A DNA stretch of 64,000 nt, taken from the IMG/VR virus record IMGVR_UViG_3300021963_000027, positions 120,182 through 184,181 of that record. One strand, written 5' to 3'. The notes beneath the pieces are model-generated. The model had not been told where the DNA came from. It made no database searches and saw nothing but the letters and a program-made list of their open reading frames with translations. The position numbers and the translations under genes were made by a program. This document shows positions 1-8,530 of this stretch, one piece after another. Positions within the stretch are counted from its first letter, which is position 1, and every line of letters begins with the position of its first letter. The stretch comes from a virus.

Positions 1-72
1 GGTTACAAATTCGATTTTTATATTATGGATACATATGAGAAAGAAAATGGGATAACTAGAAGAGTGAATTAA
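1..72 (+). CDS. 3' end of a gene starting upstream of the window (GYKFDFYIMDTYEKENGITRRVN*)
   Basis: Frame 1 is open from base 1 to TAA at 70-72. YKFDFY resembles endonuclease motifs. The last 11 codons resemble the remnant at 539-571. Confidence 0.5.
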   Translation, partial: GYKFDFYIMDTYEKENGITRRVN

Positions 73-80
73 ATATTATA

Positions 81-455
81 ATGAATGATATTATGAATAT
101 AGGTTTGATTTATGAGTCGATAAATCAAAATTTTTTATACCACGCTACCTACAAACCATTAATTAAAAATATTAAAAAATTTGGATTGGGTGGTAATCCG
201 AAAAAAAGAAAAAATTGGGAGGATTCCAAAGATGTTGTGTATTTGGCGAATGATCCTGATGTTGCGGAATCATATGCAGAAGAATCAGAATTGGTTAATG
301 AAGATTGGTTGGATGAAATTGTTATTTTCAAAATTGATACCAATAATTTAGATATTAATTTGTTAAAAAATGATGAAAACGTTAGAAATGATGATCAAGA
401 TACGTTCGAGTATTATGGAATAATACCGTATGATTTTTTATTGAGGATTAAATAA
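81..455 (+). CDS. Putative ADP-ribosyltransferase-fold protein
   Basis: LYHAT strand, VYLANDP..A..YA motif and C-terminal FEY match the H-Y-E/Tpt1-like ART fold pattern. TAAATA lies just upstream. Confidence 0.5.
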   Translation: MNDIMNIGLIYESINQNFLYHATYKPLIKNIKKFGLGGNPKKRKNWEDSKDVVYLANDPDVAESYAEESELVNEDWLDEIVIFKIDTNNLDINLLKNDENVRNDDQDTFEYYGIIPYDFLLRIK

Positions 456-577
456 TTGATAAAAATTCGTTATCCGTCTATGCCATCTCTCATAGAAAGG
501 AAATGGAGAAGCATGTTACTGGTGAAATTGTCTTCCTTGAAAAAGAAATGGGAGTTACTAGAAGACTAAATATATAA
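452..577 (+). pseudogene. Orphan 3' remnant of a gp46/SbcC-like ABC ATPase gene
   Basis: 458-577 reads DKNSLSVYAISHRKEMEKHVTGEIVFLEKEMGVTRRLNI*. AISH matches the ABC H-loop at the gp46 C-terminus. The frame is closed by TAA at 449-451. Confidence 0.6.
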
Positions 578-1225
578 GTGAAAAGTAAAAATTATTTCTC
601 AGATATTGCAAACATTTATTCGAGGATTATAAACGAATCTCCCGATAATATTACAATTATCGATGATAATGGTCATCGTAAATATCTTTCGTATGATAGC
701 ACTCCAAATGCTTATACAGGTCTTATCGGTAGAGATGGTGAATATGTCTTGTCTAAAGACATTGTGGGGCATAGTAATTTGATTGCTGCTATTAATAGTA
801 GTGATGACGATATTATTCAAAAATTAATAACTAATGCTGATGATGTCGAAGATTTGAAAAGATTGGCAAGAGAAAGAATAAAAATAAGAATCTGGAAAAA
901 TCAAAAAGTTTATAGCATGTGGGATAAATATGATCCTTCATATGAAGATGCTATTAAAGATTCTCTGAAAGCAATAGGCGAAAATTATCAAGATTATAAA
1001 TATGATAATGAATATGAAGAGTATGCAAATTTTCGTGACGCTGATACTTTTTTTGTAAACACTTTAACAGATGAACAAAAAGAAGAGAAAATGAAAGCTG
1101 AAATGGAAAAACGTGCAGCCGATAGAGCTTTAGCAGATAGAATAGCTGGTGTCAGACGAAAAGCTTCGAGTGATTATGACGCTCCTTATAAAAAACCTTC
1201 TTGGATGAATAGAGAAGGGGATTGA
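578..1225 (+). CDS. Hypothetical protein, possible internal head protein
   Basis: 215-aa ORF with GTG start after TAAATA; N-terminal IINE|S motif. Confidence 0.75.
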   Translation: MKSKNYFSDIANIYSRIINESPDNITIIDDNGHRKYLSYDSTPNAYTGLIGRDGEYVLSKDIVGHSNLIAAINSSDDDIIQKLITNADDVEDLKRLARERIKIRIWKNQKVYSMWDKYDPSYEDAIKDSLKAIGENYQDYKYDNEYEEYANFRDADTFFVNTLTDEQKEEKMKAEMEKRAADRALADRIAGVRRKASSDYDAPYKKPSWMNREGD

Positions 1226-1253
1226 CATTTCAGATTAATACATAATTAATATT

Positions 1254-2441
1254 ATGTTTAATAATCAACCATTCGCATCTCCTTTCCCAACGACTCCTTT
1301 TCAAACACCAAATAAAAATAAAGAAGAACCCAAAAAAGGTAATGTTTATTTAAATTTTGTAGCGGATCGTCAGGGATGTGGACAATGGCGAGTAGGTTGG
1401 CCTGAACATCACATCAATATGAATAATCTTGGTGAGTCTACATCACTCACTAAGATGATTTTCGATAAAAATTGGTTTCGAGATATTAAAACTGTCAAAT
1501 TGCAAAGACAAGCATCTACCCCTCAAAAACAATATTTTGAATTTCTCAAGAGCATTCAAGCAGAAATGGGATTCAAGATTATCTATGAAGTGGATGATGT
1601 TGTATTTCGTGAAGAGATTCCTGATTATAATTCAGGAAAACCATCGTTCGATAATGACGAAATCCGTCAAAATTGCGTTGACATGATGCGAATGGCAGAT
1701 GAAGTCACAGTCACATGCAAGTTCATGCGTGATCTGTTTATCGAGAAAACAGGTCAAGGAAAAATCTCTGTGATTCCAAATTTTCCACCTGAATGGTGGA
1801 TTGGACATTATTACGATTCTTATAAAATTGCTAAAAATTATGATAAAAATCGTAAAAAACCAAGAATCTTGTATTCTGGTTCAGGAGCGCACTTCGATGT
1901 GAAGAATGGTGGACAAGATGATTTTTCTCATGTGTTGAAATTTATTATCGATAATAGATATAAATATCAATTCATTTTCATCGGCGCATTCCCTCCACAA
2001 TTGCATCCATACATTCAAAATGGAGAAATTGAATTCCATCATTGGCAGACATTGACGAATTATCCGAAATTTATTTCCGAATTAAACGTGCAGTTGACTC
2101 TTGCACCTTTGATGGATAATAATTTCAATAAATCGAAGTCAGATATCAAATATATTGAAGGTGCTGTTTTGGGTATCCCTTGCATGTGTCAGGATTTAGT
2201 GACTTATGCAGATGTTCCTGATTTTCTGAAATTTAAAAATTCAGAGGACTTAGCTCTAAAAGTAGAGCAATTACTGAATTATAAAAATCGTGATCGTTAT
2301 CACAATTTATCCAAAGAATTGAGAAAACTTGGTGAAACGAGATTCCTCGAAAGACCTGAAAATATTGGAGCGTTTCTAGAATCAATGAATACACCATTTG
2401 GTGATCCATCTCGAAGATTTATGAAATACTGGAATGATTGA
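1254..2441 (+). CDS. GT-B fold glycosyltransferase
   Basis: ADEVTVT..L..., ILYSGSGAHF..D, and LAPL.DN.FNKSKSDIKYIE..VLGIP motifs typical of phage GT4-like enzymes. Confidence 0.8.
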   Translation: MFNNQPFASPFPTTPFQTPNKNKEEPKKGNVYLNFVADRQGCGQWRVGWPEHHINMNNLGESTSLTKMIFDKNWFRDIKTVKLQRQASTPQKQYFEFLKSIQAEMGFKIIYEVDDVVFREEIPDYNSGKPSFDNDEIRQNCVDMMRMADEVTVTCKFMRDLFIEKTGQGKISVIPNFPPEWWIGHYYDSYKIAKNYDKNRKKPRILYSGSGAHFDVKNGGQDDFSHVLKFIIDNRYKYQFIFIGAFPPQLHPYIQNGEIEFHHWQTLTNYPKFISELNVQLTLAPLMDNNFNKSKSDIKYIEGAVLGIPCMCQDLVTYADVPDFLKFKNSEDLALKVEQLLNYKNRDRYHNLSKELRKLGETRFLERPENIGAFLESMNTPFGDPSRRFMKYWND

Positions 2442-2442
2442 T

Positions 2443-3858
2443 TTATCGGCTTATTTCCTCCCAGTCCATAGAAGCATATAACCCCGTAGTTCCGCTAGAA
2501 CTATTAACACCAGCAACCAATGTTAGCTCATAAGGAGTATTGGTAAATGAATTTCTCTCTAATTGAAATTTAAATAATGCTTCTTTTAGAATATCTACAC
2601 CTGAAGAGCTTTGATTGTTAGAAGATATATACCCGCTAGCTAATACTCTACCACCAGCAAAACTTGTACCACTGATGTTGTATTCTACGGAACTATTTAT
2701 TCCTGCACTTAACCAAGATCCTCCTGTTGTTGTTCCACTGGCTACAACTCTCCAATTATAGACTTTATTATCTCCTGCACCTAAAATAGATAATGCAGTT
2801 AAAATAACAATAGCATCTAATCTATCTGGAGAAGATCTTAGTTTAATAGAAACAATTGGATAATATGTATTTGCAGCCGCAAAGGTTCTTGGGGTATCAA
2901 TTGGGATAGATGCTGCTTGTTGTAAGCCTCTTAACTCGTAACCACCTTCAGATATAGCAGTGCTACAAACTTGTTTTAATTTACTCGGTCCTGAAGTTGC
3001 AGCTTTATTTTCAATTTCATATCTAAGCGGTAGTGATGCTGTTGTAATGTATGTTGAGTCAATTAAGTTAGCATGGTGAAAGTAATGGCAAGCTACAAAC
3101 TGACCATTGATAACAAATCCTGTTCTCACAGTACCTAGACCGAGCCATTCAATGTCAGCCCATAGAATCTGCGCTTTTGTGATGTCTAGAGTAATTCCAG
3201 ATTTTCCTGATCCGTCTAAGCGATCTACATTCCATTGTGATTGAGGGATACGGTTGGATGAAAGCGATCCAGAAGTAATGCTACGTTCAACCATGTAAAG
3301 AGTGCTATCGTCTAACTCTAAGTAGATACCATTATCAACACCAAAATAACCAACACGTTGTCTAAGATTTGTCTTGGCTTGGTTGAAGGTGAATGTATTT
3401 AACAGCTGTAAGCTCTTACCAGGTTGATATGCAAATACTTTAGTAGTTTCGCGGTACACTTTAGAGCCGCTTAGAGCGTCAACTTTCAATTCTACAAGAC
3501 CTTGATTTTGAACGAATTCCGCAGAAGCAGAGGTTGTTGTAGTTCCACCTGTTAATGTTGCCCAAAGGTTGTTATCCGCATATCTATGAGACGAGTCAAA
3601 AAGAGTCAAAGGACTTGATGTTCTCGTTCTTCCGAATGCGTCACTTGCCATGTTGAAATTGCCACTAAAGTTGCTTGTCGTGTCATCAATATTTTTTACC
3701 AAAACAGCATATTTTGGATATTCGACTATTTGGGGAGAACCGAAAGATGGATCTGCCATTGCCGATGTTGCTGGAAATCTGACATCATTTACAATCTCAA
3801 CAAATTTACCGCTTTCGGTATTTGCAGCGTTTGTCCATACTTTAGTATTAATTGGCAT
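2443..3858 (-). CDS. Conserved phage protein, probably structural and beta-rich
   Basis: 471-aa S/T/G-rich ORF with DAFGRTRTSSP.TLFD and YQPGKS..RVGYF motifs. TAAATA precedes the ATG on the minus strand. Confidence 0.6.
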   Translation of the reverse strand: MPINTKVWTNAANTESGKFVEIVNDVRFPATSAMADPSFGSPQIVEYPKYAVLVKNIDDTTSNFSGNFNMASDAFGRTRTSSPLTLFDSSHRYADNNLWATLTGGTTTTSASAEFVQNQGLVELKVDALSGSKVYRETTKVFAYQPGKSLQLLNTFTFNQAKTNLRQRVGYFGVDNGIYLELDDSTLYMVERSITSGSLSSNRIPQSQWNVDRLDGSGKSGITLDITKAQILWADIEWLGLGTVRTGFVINGQFVACHYFHHANLIDSTYITTASLPLRYEIENKAATSGPSKLKQVCSTAISEGGYELRGLQQAASIPIDTPRTFAAANTYYPIVSIKLRSSPDRLDAIVILTALSILGAGDNKVYNWRVVASGTTTGGSWLSAGINSSVEYNISGTSFAGGRVLASGYISSNNQSSSGVDILKEALFKFQLERNSFTNTPYELTLVAGVNSSSGTTGLYASMDWEEISR

Positions 3859-3894
3859 ATTTTTATTTAATCATTTGATGAGGTTAATATCGTA

Positions 3895-3922
3895 TTGACT
3901 TTTGCATTTCGTGGTTTATCAT
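3895..3922 (+). promoter_or_regulatory. Sigma70-like promoter for polB
   Basis: TTGACT-16-TATCAT, ending 6 nt before ATG 3929. Confidence 0.5.
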
Positions 3923-3928
3923 TTTTTT

Positions 3929-4321
3929 ATGTATAGGAATTGTATTTACAACAACCGTGAGCGTAAGATTTTCTTATGGACATGGGATGAAAACGGAGAG
4001 CGTGTAAAAGAAGAACACGACTTCAAACCATATATTCTTTTAGAGGATAAAGGTGGTAAAGAGAAATCCATCTATGGGACTCCTCTCAAAAAGAAAGAAT
4101 TTGCTTCTTCGTATGACAGAAATAATTTCGTAAAAGATAGTAATATCAAGCGAATCTACGAAAACCTTCCCCCATATCAACAATTTTTGATTGATAATTA
4201 TTGGTCAGTTTGTGAGGATGACAATTTCTCCCAATATCCTTTGAAGGTTGCTTATCTAGACATCGAGTGTCCATGTTCTAATTATACAAGTGATCATGAA
4301 GTTAAAATACGTAAAAAATAG
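3929..4321 (+). CDS. gp43: Family B DNA polymerase, N-terminal fragment (ends just after ExoI)
   Basis: T4-like N-domain (FKPY) and ExoI YLDIECP, then a 15-aa tail and TAG. Confidence 0.85.
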   Translation: MYRNCIYNNRERKIFLWTWDENGERVKEEHDFKPYILLEDKGGKEKSIYGTPLKKKEFASSYDRNNFVKDSNIKRIYENLPPYQQFLIDNYWSVCEDDNFSQYPLKVAYLDIECPCSNYTSDHEVKIRKK

Positions 4322-4352
4322 AATTTAGATATCGAATGTCCTAAATAGTAAT

Positions 4353-5225
4353 ATGGACTATCAATATCAATACGATAATTTAATCAAAACATATAAAAAT
4401 CGCGAATCAGAAGTAATTAAAGATTATTATGAGACACATCATATAACTCCTATCTGTAAGGGTGGGAATAATGATATTACTAATTTAGTGAAATTATCTG
4501 CTAAAGCACATTATGTCGCACACCATTTATTATGTATGATATATCCCAACGACTACCAGTTAGCATGTGCGTTCAACGGTATGTGCGCTAAAAATACAAA
4601 AAATAGTAAAAGGGAATATTCTGCAAGAATGTACCAAACAGCGAGAAAACATTTTTCTAAAAATCACCCGTGTAAACGACCTGAAATTAAACAGAAATCT
4701 GCTGAAACTCGTAACAAAAACTATGAGATAAATAAGAAAAAAAGATCAGAAAAGACGATTATTAGCTTAATCAATAAATATAATGAATCGGGTATTAATC
4801 ATGATGGGGGATATTTGAGGTGTGAAAATTGTAATAATAAAATACCTCATGATCATAAAAGATTTTGTGGTAAGCTGTGTCACGATATTTTTCAAACTAA
4901 AAACTTTCATAGAAGTGATATCCAACACCAAAAGATGGTTGAAAACATTAATAAATATTTCACCAATCTACCAGAAGATAAATTGAAAAAACATCTTGAA
5001 AATTCTATTCACTCTGATAAAGTTGATCATGTTAAACGAGGTTTAGAAATTTCAAAAGCTAAAAAAGGTAAATCGACAAATCAAAATGAAATTATGGGTA
5101 AGAGATTTGCCGTAATGAGTGATTCAGAATTCGACAAACATTTAGAAACATTATCACCTTGGGTACATACTAGATTTAAAAAATTGAGAGAAAAATGGAA
5201 AAACATATTACAGTCGGAGAGTTGA
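4353..5225 (+). CDS. HNH homing endonuclease inserted in polB
   Basis: HHITPICKGGNNDITNLVKLSAKAHYVAHHLL HNH motif plus CxxC/CxxxC elements. It lies between the two polB fragments. Confidence 0.9.
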   Translation: MDYQYQYDNLIKTYKNRESEVIKDYYETHHITPICKGGNNDITNLVKLSAKAHYVAHHLLCMIYPNDYQLACAFNGMCAKNTKNSKREYSARMYQTARKHFSKNHPCKRPEIKQKSAETRNKNYEINKKKRSEKTIISLINKYNESGINHDGGYLRCENCNNKIPHDHKRFCGKLCHDIFQTKNFHRSDIQHQKMVENINKYFTNLPEDKLKKHLENSIHSDKVDHVKRGLEISKAKKGKSTNQNEIMGKRFAVMSDSEFDKHLETLSPWVHTRFKKLREKWKNILQSES

Positions 5226-7483
5226 GGTCATATATTGGCGAATATGAGGTTTGGGATGAAGAACGTGGTAGATGGGTTGATATCACTGATTCGTGTTACT
5301 TGAAAAAAGGTGGTTTTCCAGAACCAGAAACAGCAGAAGCAGTGATAAATCTGATCACTGTGTTCGATTCATTTTCTAAAATGTATCATGTCTTCGGTCT
5401 GAAGAATTACCACACAACCAGAGATGATGTTCGATATTATTTTTGTAAATCAGAAGAAGATTTGCTCAAATCATTTATCAAGTATTTCAGAAAAGAGGGA
5501 TTTGATGTGATTAGTGGATGGAACATAGCAGGATTCGATATCCCATACTTGATCAACAGAATCACATTTGAATTGGGAGAAGAATGGGCGAAGAAATTGT
5601 CACCAATTGAAAGGATTTACGAAAAGACAAATCCAAATGGTAAATTTGGAATGCCTACCAAGGAGTATGTGATCGAAGGAATTTCTATTTTGGATTATTA
5701 TGTGATGTATATGAAATTCAGCTTAGAGAAGCAAGAATCATACAAGTTGGATAATATCGGAGAAGTTGAATTAGGTATCAATAAAATTCAGCATGAAGGT
5801 AATCTATGGGAATTGGCTAAAAAAGATTGGTATACCTACACTGATTACAACATTCGCGATGTGGAAATTTGTGTTAAATTAGACGAGAAAAAGGGATACA
5901 TCAATCTTCTTCGATTCCTCGCATACACGGGACTATGTGATTTGGAAAATGCTATCAAAACAGTCCCACCAATGAACGGTGCTATCGCTATTCGTGCGCG
6001 TATGCGCGGAGAGTATATCCCCACGTTTATTCGTCCTGTGACCGATTTCAAAGCACCTGGAGGTTATGTGGCAGAACCAAGAGTAGGGTTCGCTGAGAAT
6101 ATCGTGTCATTTGATGCCAACTCTCTGTATCCATCAGTCATGATTTCGCTCAATCTCTCTCCTGAGACTAAAATCGGTAGAGTTGAAAAGGATGGTGATA
6201 AAGTGAAAATTCACCATGTGTCAGGAAGGCTTTTTGATATGACTAAAGAAAACTTTAAGAAGTTCATGGATGAAGAAAAGGCAGCTTTGACTAAAGCTGG
6301 ATTTCTATTTTCTCAGAAGAAACGTGGTCTTGTTCCTGAGTTCTTGGATAACTTGTATTCCAAACGTAAGGAGATGAAGAACAAGATGTTGGAGTCTCGT
6401 AAGAAAGGAGATAAAGAAGGGGAACAGAAATTTGATAGTATTCAATACGCTTATAAAATCCACCTTAACTCTCTCTATGGTTACATGCTCAACAAATATG
6501 CTCCCCTTGGTGATGAGGATATTGGAACATCTGTGACATTGACAGGTCAAGCAGTTATTAAGAAAAGTAATGATTTGTTCATGGAATACCTATCACAGTA
6601 TTTCGATAATAAAGAAGAAATCGAGAAATCTCTGATATACAATGATACTGATAGCTTCTACACTTCTTTGAAGATATTCGAAAAGATTGGATATGTCTTA
6701 AAAGATGGGGATAAAGTTTCTGATAAATTTTATGGTTTGTGTCAAGATGTTGAAGACTTCGTAAATGACGGAATCACAAAGTGGGCTAAACAGAATTTGA
6801 AAAGTATTGACCCAAGATTCGTGTTTAAGAGAGAAAGCATCTGCGATAGTGGTATTTTCATTGGTAAAAAATATTACGCTCTTCATAAATTGGATGAGGA
6901 GGGTGTCGTGATGAATAAATTCAAATATATCGGAGTCGATGTAGTGAAAACCACGATGCCTAAGAAAGTGAAACCATATGTCAAGAAAGTCATTGAACAC
7001 ATGATCATGACTCAATCCTTAAAAGAAACCAACGATTTATTCAACGAAGCATATGAAGAATTTAAGAAATTACCCATCACAGATATTGCCAAGATTTCTG
7101 GTATGAATAATTACTCGGAATATTCAGCAAGATGTAATGGTATGAATACTGTAAAGGGGATGCCGAGTCACTTGAAAGCTGCTTATTATCACGATTTGAT
7201 CGTTGAACAGAATGGATGGACATCCAAATATGATAAATTCAAATCAGGGGATAAAGTGAAAATGGTATATATCAAGAAACCAAACAAATATAATTTGGAG
7301 ATGATTGGATTCAAAGGAGAATGGCAGACTGAATTTGATGATATCTTCACAGTTGATTATGAGAAAATGTTTGGTAAGGTATTCTACGCTGCAATTGAGA
7401 GATTCTACGAAGCAGTCGGATGGAAACTTAGAAAACCATCAGAGAATCTCACGGTGGAATTGGAAGATTTGTTTGGAGAGTAA
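5195..7483 (+). CDS. gp43: Family B DNA polymerase, C-terminal fragment
   Basis: FPEP, ExoII GWNIAGFDIPYL, ExoIII YNIRDV, SFDANSLYPS, KIHLNSLYG, YNDTDS, and a clamp-binding-like tail LEDLFGE. Confidence 0.95.
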   Translation: MEKHITVGELRSYIGEYEVWDEERGRWVDITDSCYLKKGGFPEPETAEAVINLITVFDSFSKMYHVFGLKNYHTTRDDVRYYFCKSEEDLLKSFIKYFRKEGFDVISGWNIAGFDIPYLINRITFELGEEWAKKLSPIERIYEKTNPNGKFGMPTKEYVIEGISILDYYVMYMKFSLEKQESYKLDNIGEVELGINKIQHEGNLWELAKKDWYTYTDYNIRDVEICVKLDEKKGYINLLRFLAYTGLCDLENAIKTVPPMNGAIAIRARMRGEYIPTFIRPVTDFKAPGGYVAEPRVGFAENIVSFDANSLYPSVMISLNLSPETKIGRVEKDGDKVKIHHVSGRLFDMTKENFKKFMDEEKAALTKAGFLFSQKKRGLVPEFLDNLYSKRKEMKNKMLESRKKGDKEGEQKFDSIQYAYKIHLNSLYGYMLNKYAPLGDEDIGTSVTLTGQAVIKKSNDLFMEYLSQYFDNKEEIEKSLIYNDTDSFYTSLKIFEKIGYVLKDGDKVSDKFYGLCQDVEDFVNDGITKWAKQNLKSIDPRFVFKRESICDSGIFIGKKYYALHKLDEEGVVMNKFKYIGVDVVKTTMPKKVKPYVKKVIEHMIMTQSLKETNDLFNEAYEEFKKLPITDIAKISGMNNYSEYSARCNGMNTVKGMPSHLKAAYYHDLIVEQNGWTSKYDKFKSGDKVKMVYIKKPNKYNLEMIGFKGEWQTEFDDIFTVDYEKMFGKVFYAAIERFYEAVGWKLRKPSENLTVELEDLFGE

Positions 7484-7501
7484 TATCTATTAAGTAATAA
7501 T

Positions 7502-7867
7502 ATGCAATTTACAATTTTATTCGAAAAACTTTTAAACGAACTTGTTGATACTCTTTTTCCCACCTTTGTCACTAAAAGAGCAGAGGGAGCAAAGAAAATA
7601 GAAGAATCTGCGAGAAAAAAAGGTTCTTTCGCCATCTTAACAGCTTACCACTTCGCTGGTAAGGTGAAACCATATGCTGATGCTTTGCGAAAAGCTAAGA
7701 AAGATGACAAAGAATCCCATTTCAAAGCGAAATATAAAGAAGCCTATGCCAAACTCAAAGATCTGGATTCTCTTTCGCAAAAAGAATTTCAAATGATCAC
7801 GGGAACTCTTGAAGCATACGGTGAAGTTTACATTCAAGCAAAACATCCGAAAGATTATTCGAAATAA
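7502..7867 (+). CDS. Hypothetical protein
   Basis: 121-aa ORF with TAAGTA variant motif upstream; N-terminal FEKLLNE. Confidence 0.75.
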   Translation: MQFTILFEKLLNELVDTLFPTFVTKRAEGAKKIEESARKKGSFAILTAYHFAGKVKPYADALRKAKKDDKESHFKAKYKEAYAKLKDLDSLSQKEFQMITGTLEAYGEVYIQAKHPKDYSK

Positions 7868-7933
7868 TACTTGCATTTCCCTGTAAATGGGGTAGATATT
7901 GTTATCAGGCACAACACTCTGATTTATACACAA

Positions 7934-8164
7934 ATGAACACAAACAAAAACGCATACGAAATAAGGCTCGATATTTTGAGCATCGCCCATAGTGACCTCA
8001 TGAATATTTTTCATGAGAAATTACACAACGCCAAAAAGAAAATGATTGGCAACGATTGGACAGAAGAAAAAATTGATGAAAAAATCATCTCTGATCTTCT
8101 TCCAAAAACAGAAGACGTTATTAAACGCGCTAAAGAACTTTATGCATTTGTAGAAAATGCATAA
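7934..8164 (+). CDS. Conserved T4-like hypothetical protein
   Basis: AYEIRLDIL...RAKELYAFVE pattern; ATG 7934 preferred over TTG 7871. Confidence 0.7.
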   Translation: MNTNKNAYEIRLDILSIAHSDLMNIFHEKLHNAKKKMIGNDWTEEKIDEKIISDLLPKTEDVIKRAKELYAFVENA

Positions 8165-8170
8165 TTAAGA

Positions 8171-8246
8171 TTGTGATCAGTCGCTCTGATCTGATCTGGA
8201 ATAAGCAGGAGGAAGTCCAGTGAGAATGATGATAAACCCTGCACAA
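8171..8246 (+). ncRNA. Candidate structured RNA (hairpin plus pseudoknot)
   Basis: GATCAG/CTGATC hairpin; CTGGA(8196-8200)/TCCAG(8216-8220) crossing GCAGG(8205-8209)/CCTGC(8238-8242); intergenic. Confidence 0.3.
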
Positions 8247-8257
8247 ATTTATTAATT

Positions 8258-8509
8258 ATGACAATACAAGAGGCATATAATAAAGGTTTAGATGATGCAG
8301 AGAATCGAATTATCGAAAATTTCATCAATCTATTAAACGATAAGGAATATAATGTAGAATTCCCAAACCCAAAGTTGGAAATTGTTCGTAAAGTAATTAA
8401 AGAACGATCCGATTATTTCTTTAAGATGGCAGAAGGAAAACACGGAGTAGCATTAGGATTCCAGAAAAAAATACAAAACAACAAATTAGAACTTGAAAAA
8501 GCAAAATAA
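8258..8509 (+). CDS. Hypothetical protein
   Basis: 83-aa ORF collinear with its neighbours. Confidence 0.75.
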   Translation: MTIQEAYNKGLDDAENRIIENFINLLNDKEYNVEFPNPKLEIVRKVIKERSDYFFKMAEGKHGVALGFQKKIQNNKLELEKAK

Positions 8510-8530
8510 TCTATTAAAATACAAAAACAT

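Noticed and set aside
503-577. MEKHVTGEI resembles the PolB C-fragment start MEKHITVGEL
   Set aside because: The match is too short and is better explained as part of the gp46-like remnant.
4319-4351. TAG recoding (alternative genetic code)
   Set aside because: Long genes are intact under the standard code, and readthrough meets TAG TAA nine codons later.
4310-5311. Ribosomal bypass from AAA AAA TAG to AAA AAA GGT in polB
   Set aside because: The gap is about 1 kb and contains a full gene; known hops such as T4 gene 60 span about 50 nt.
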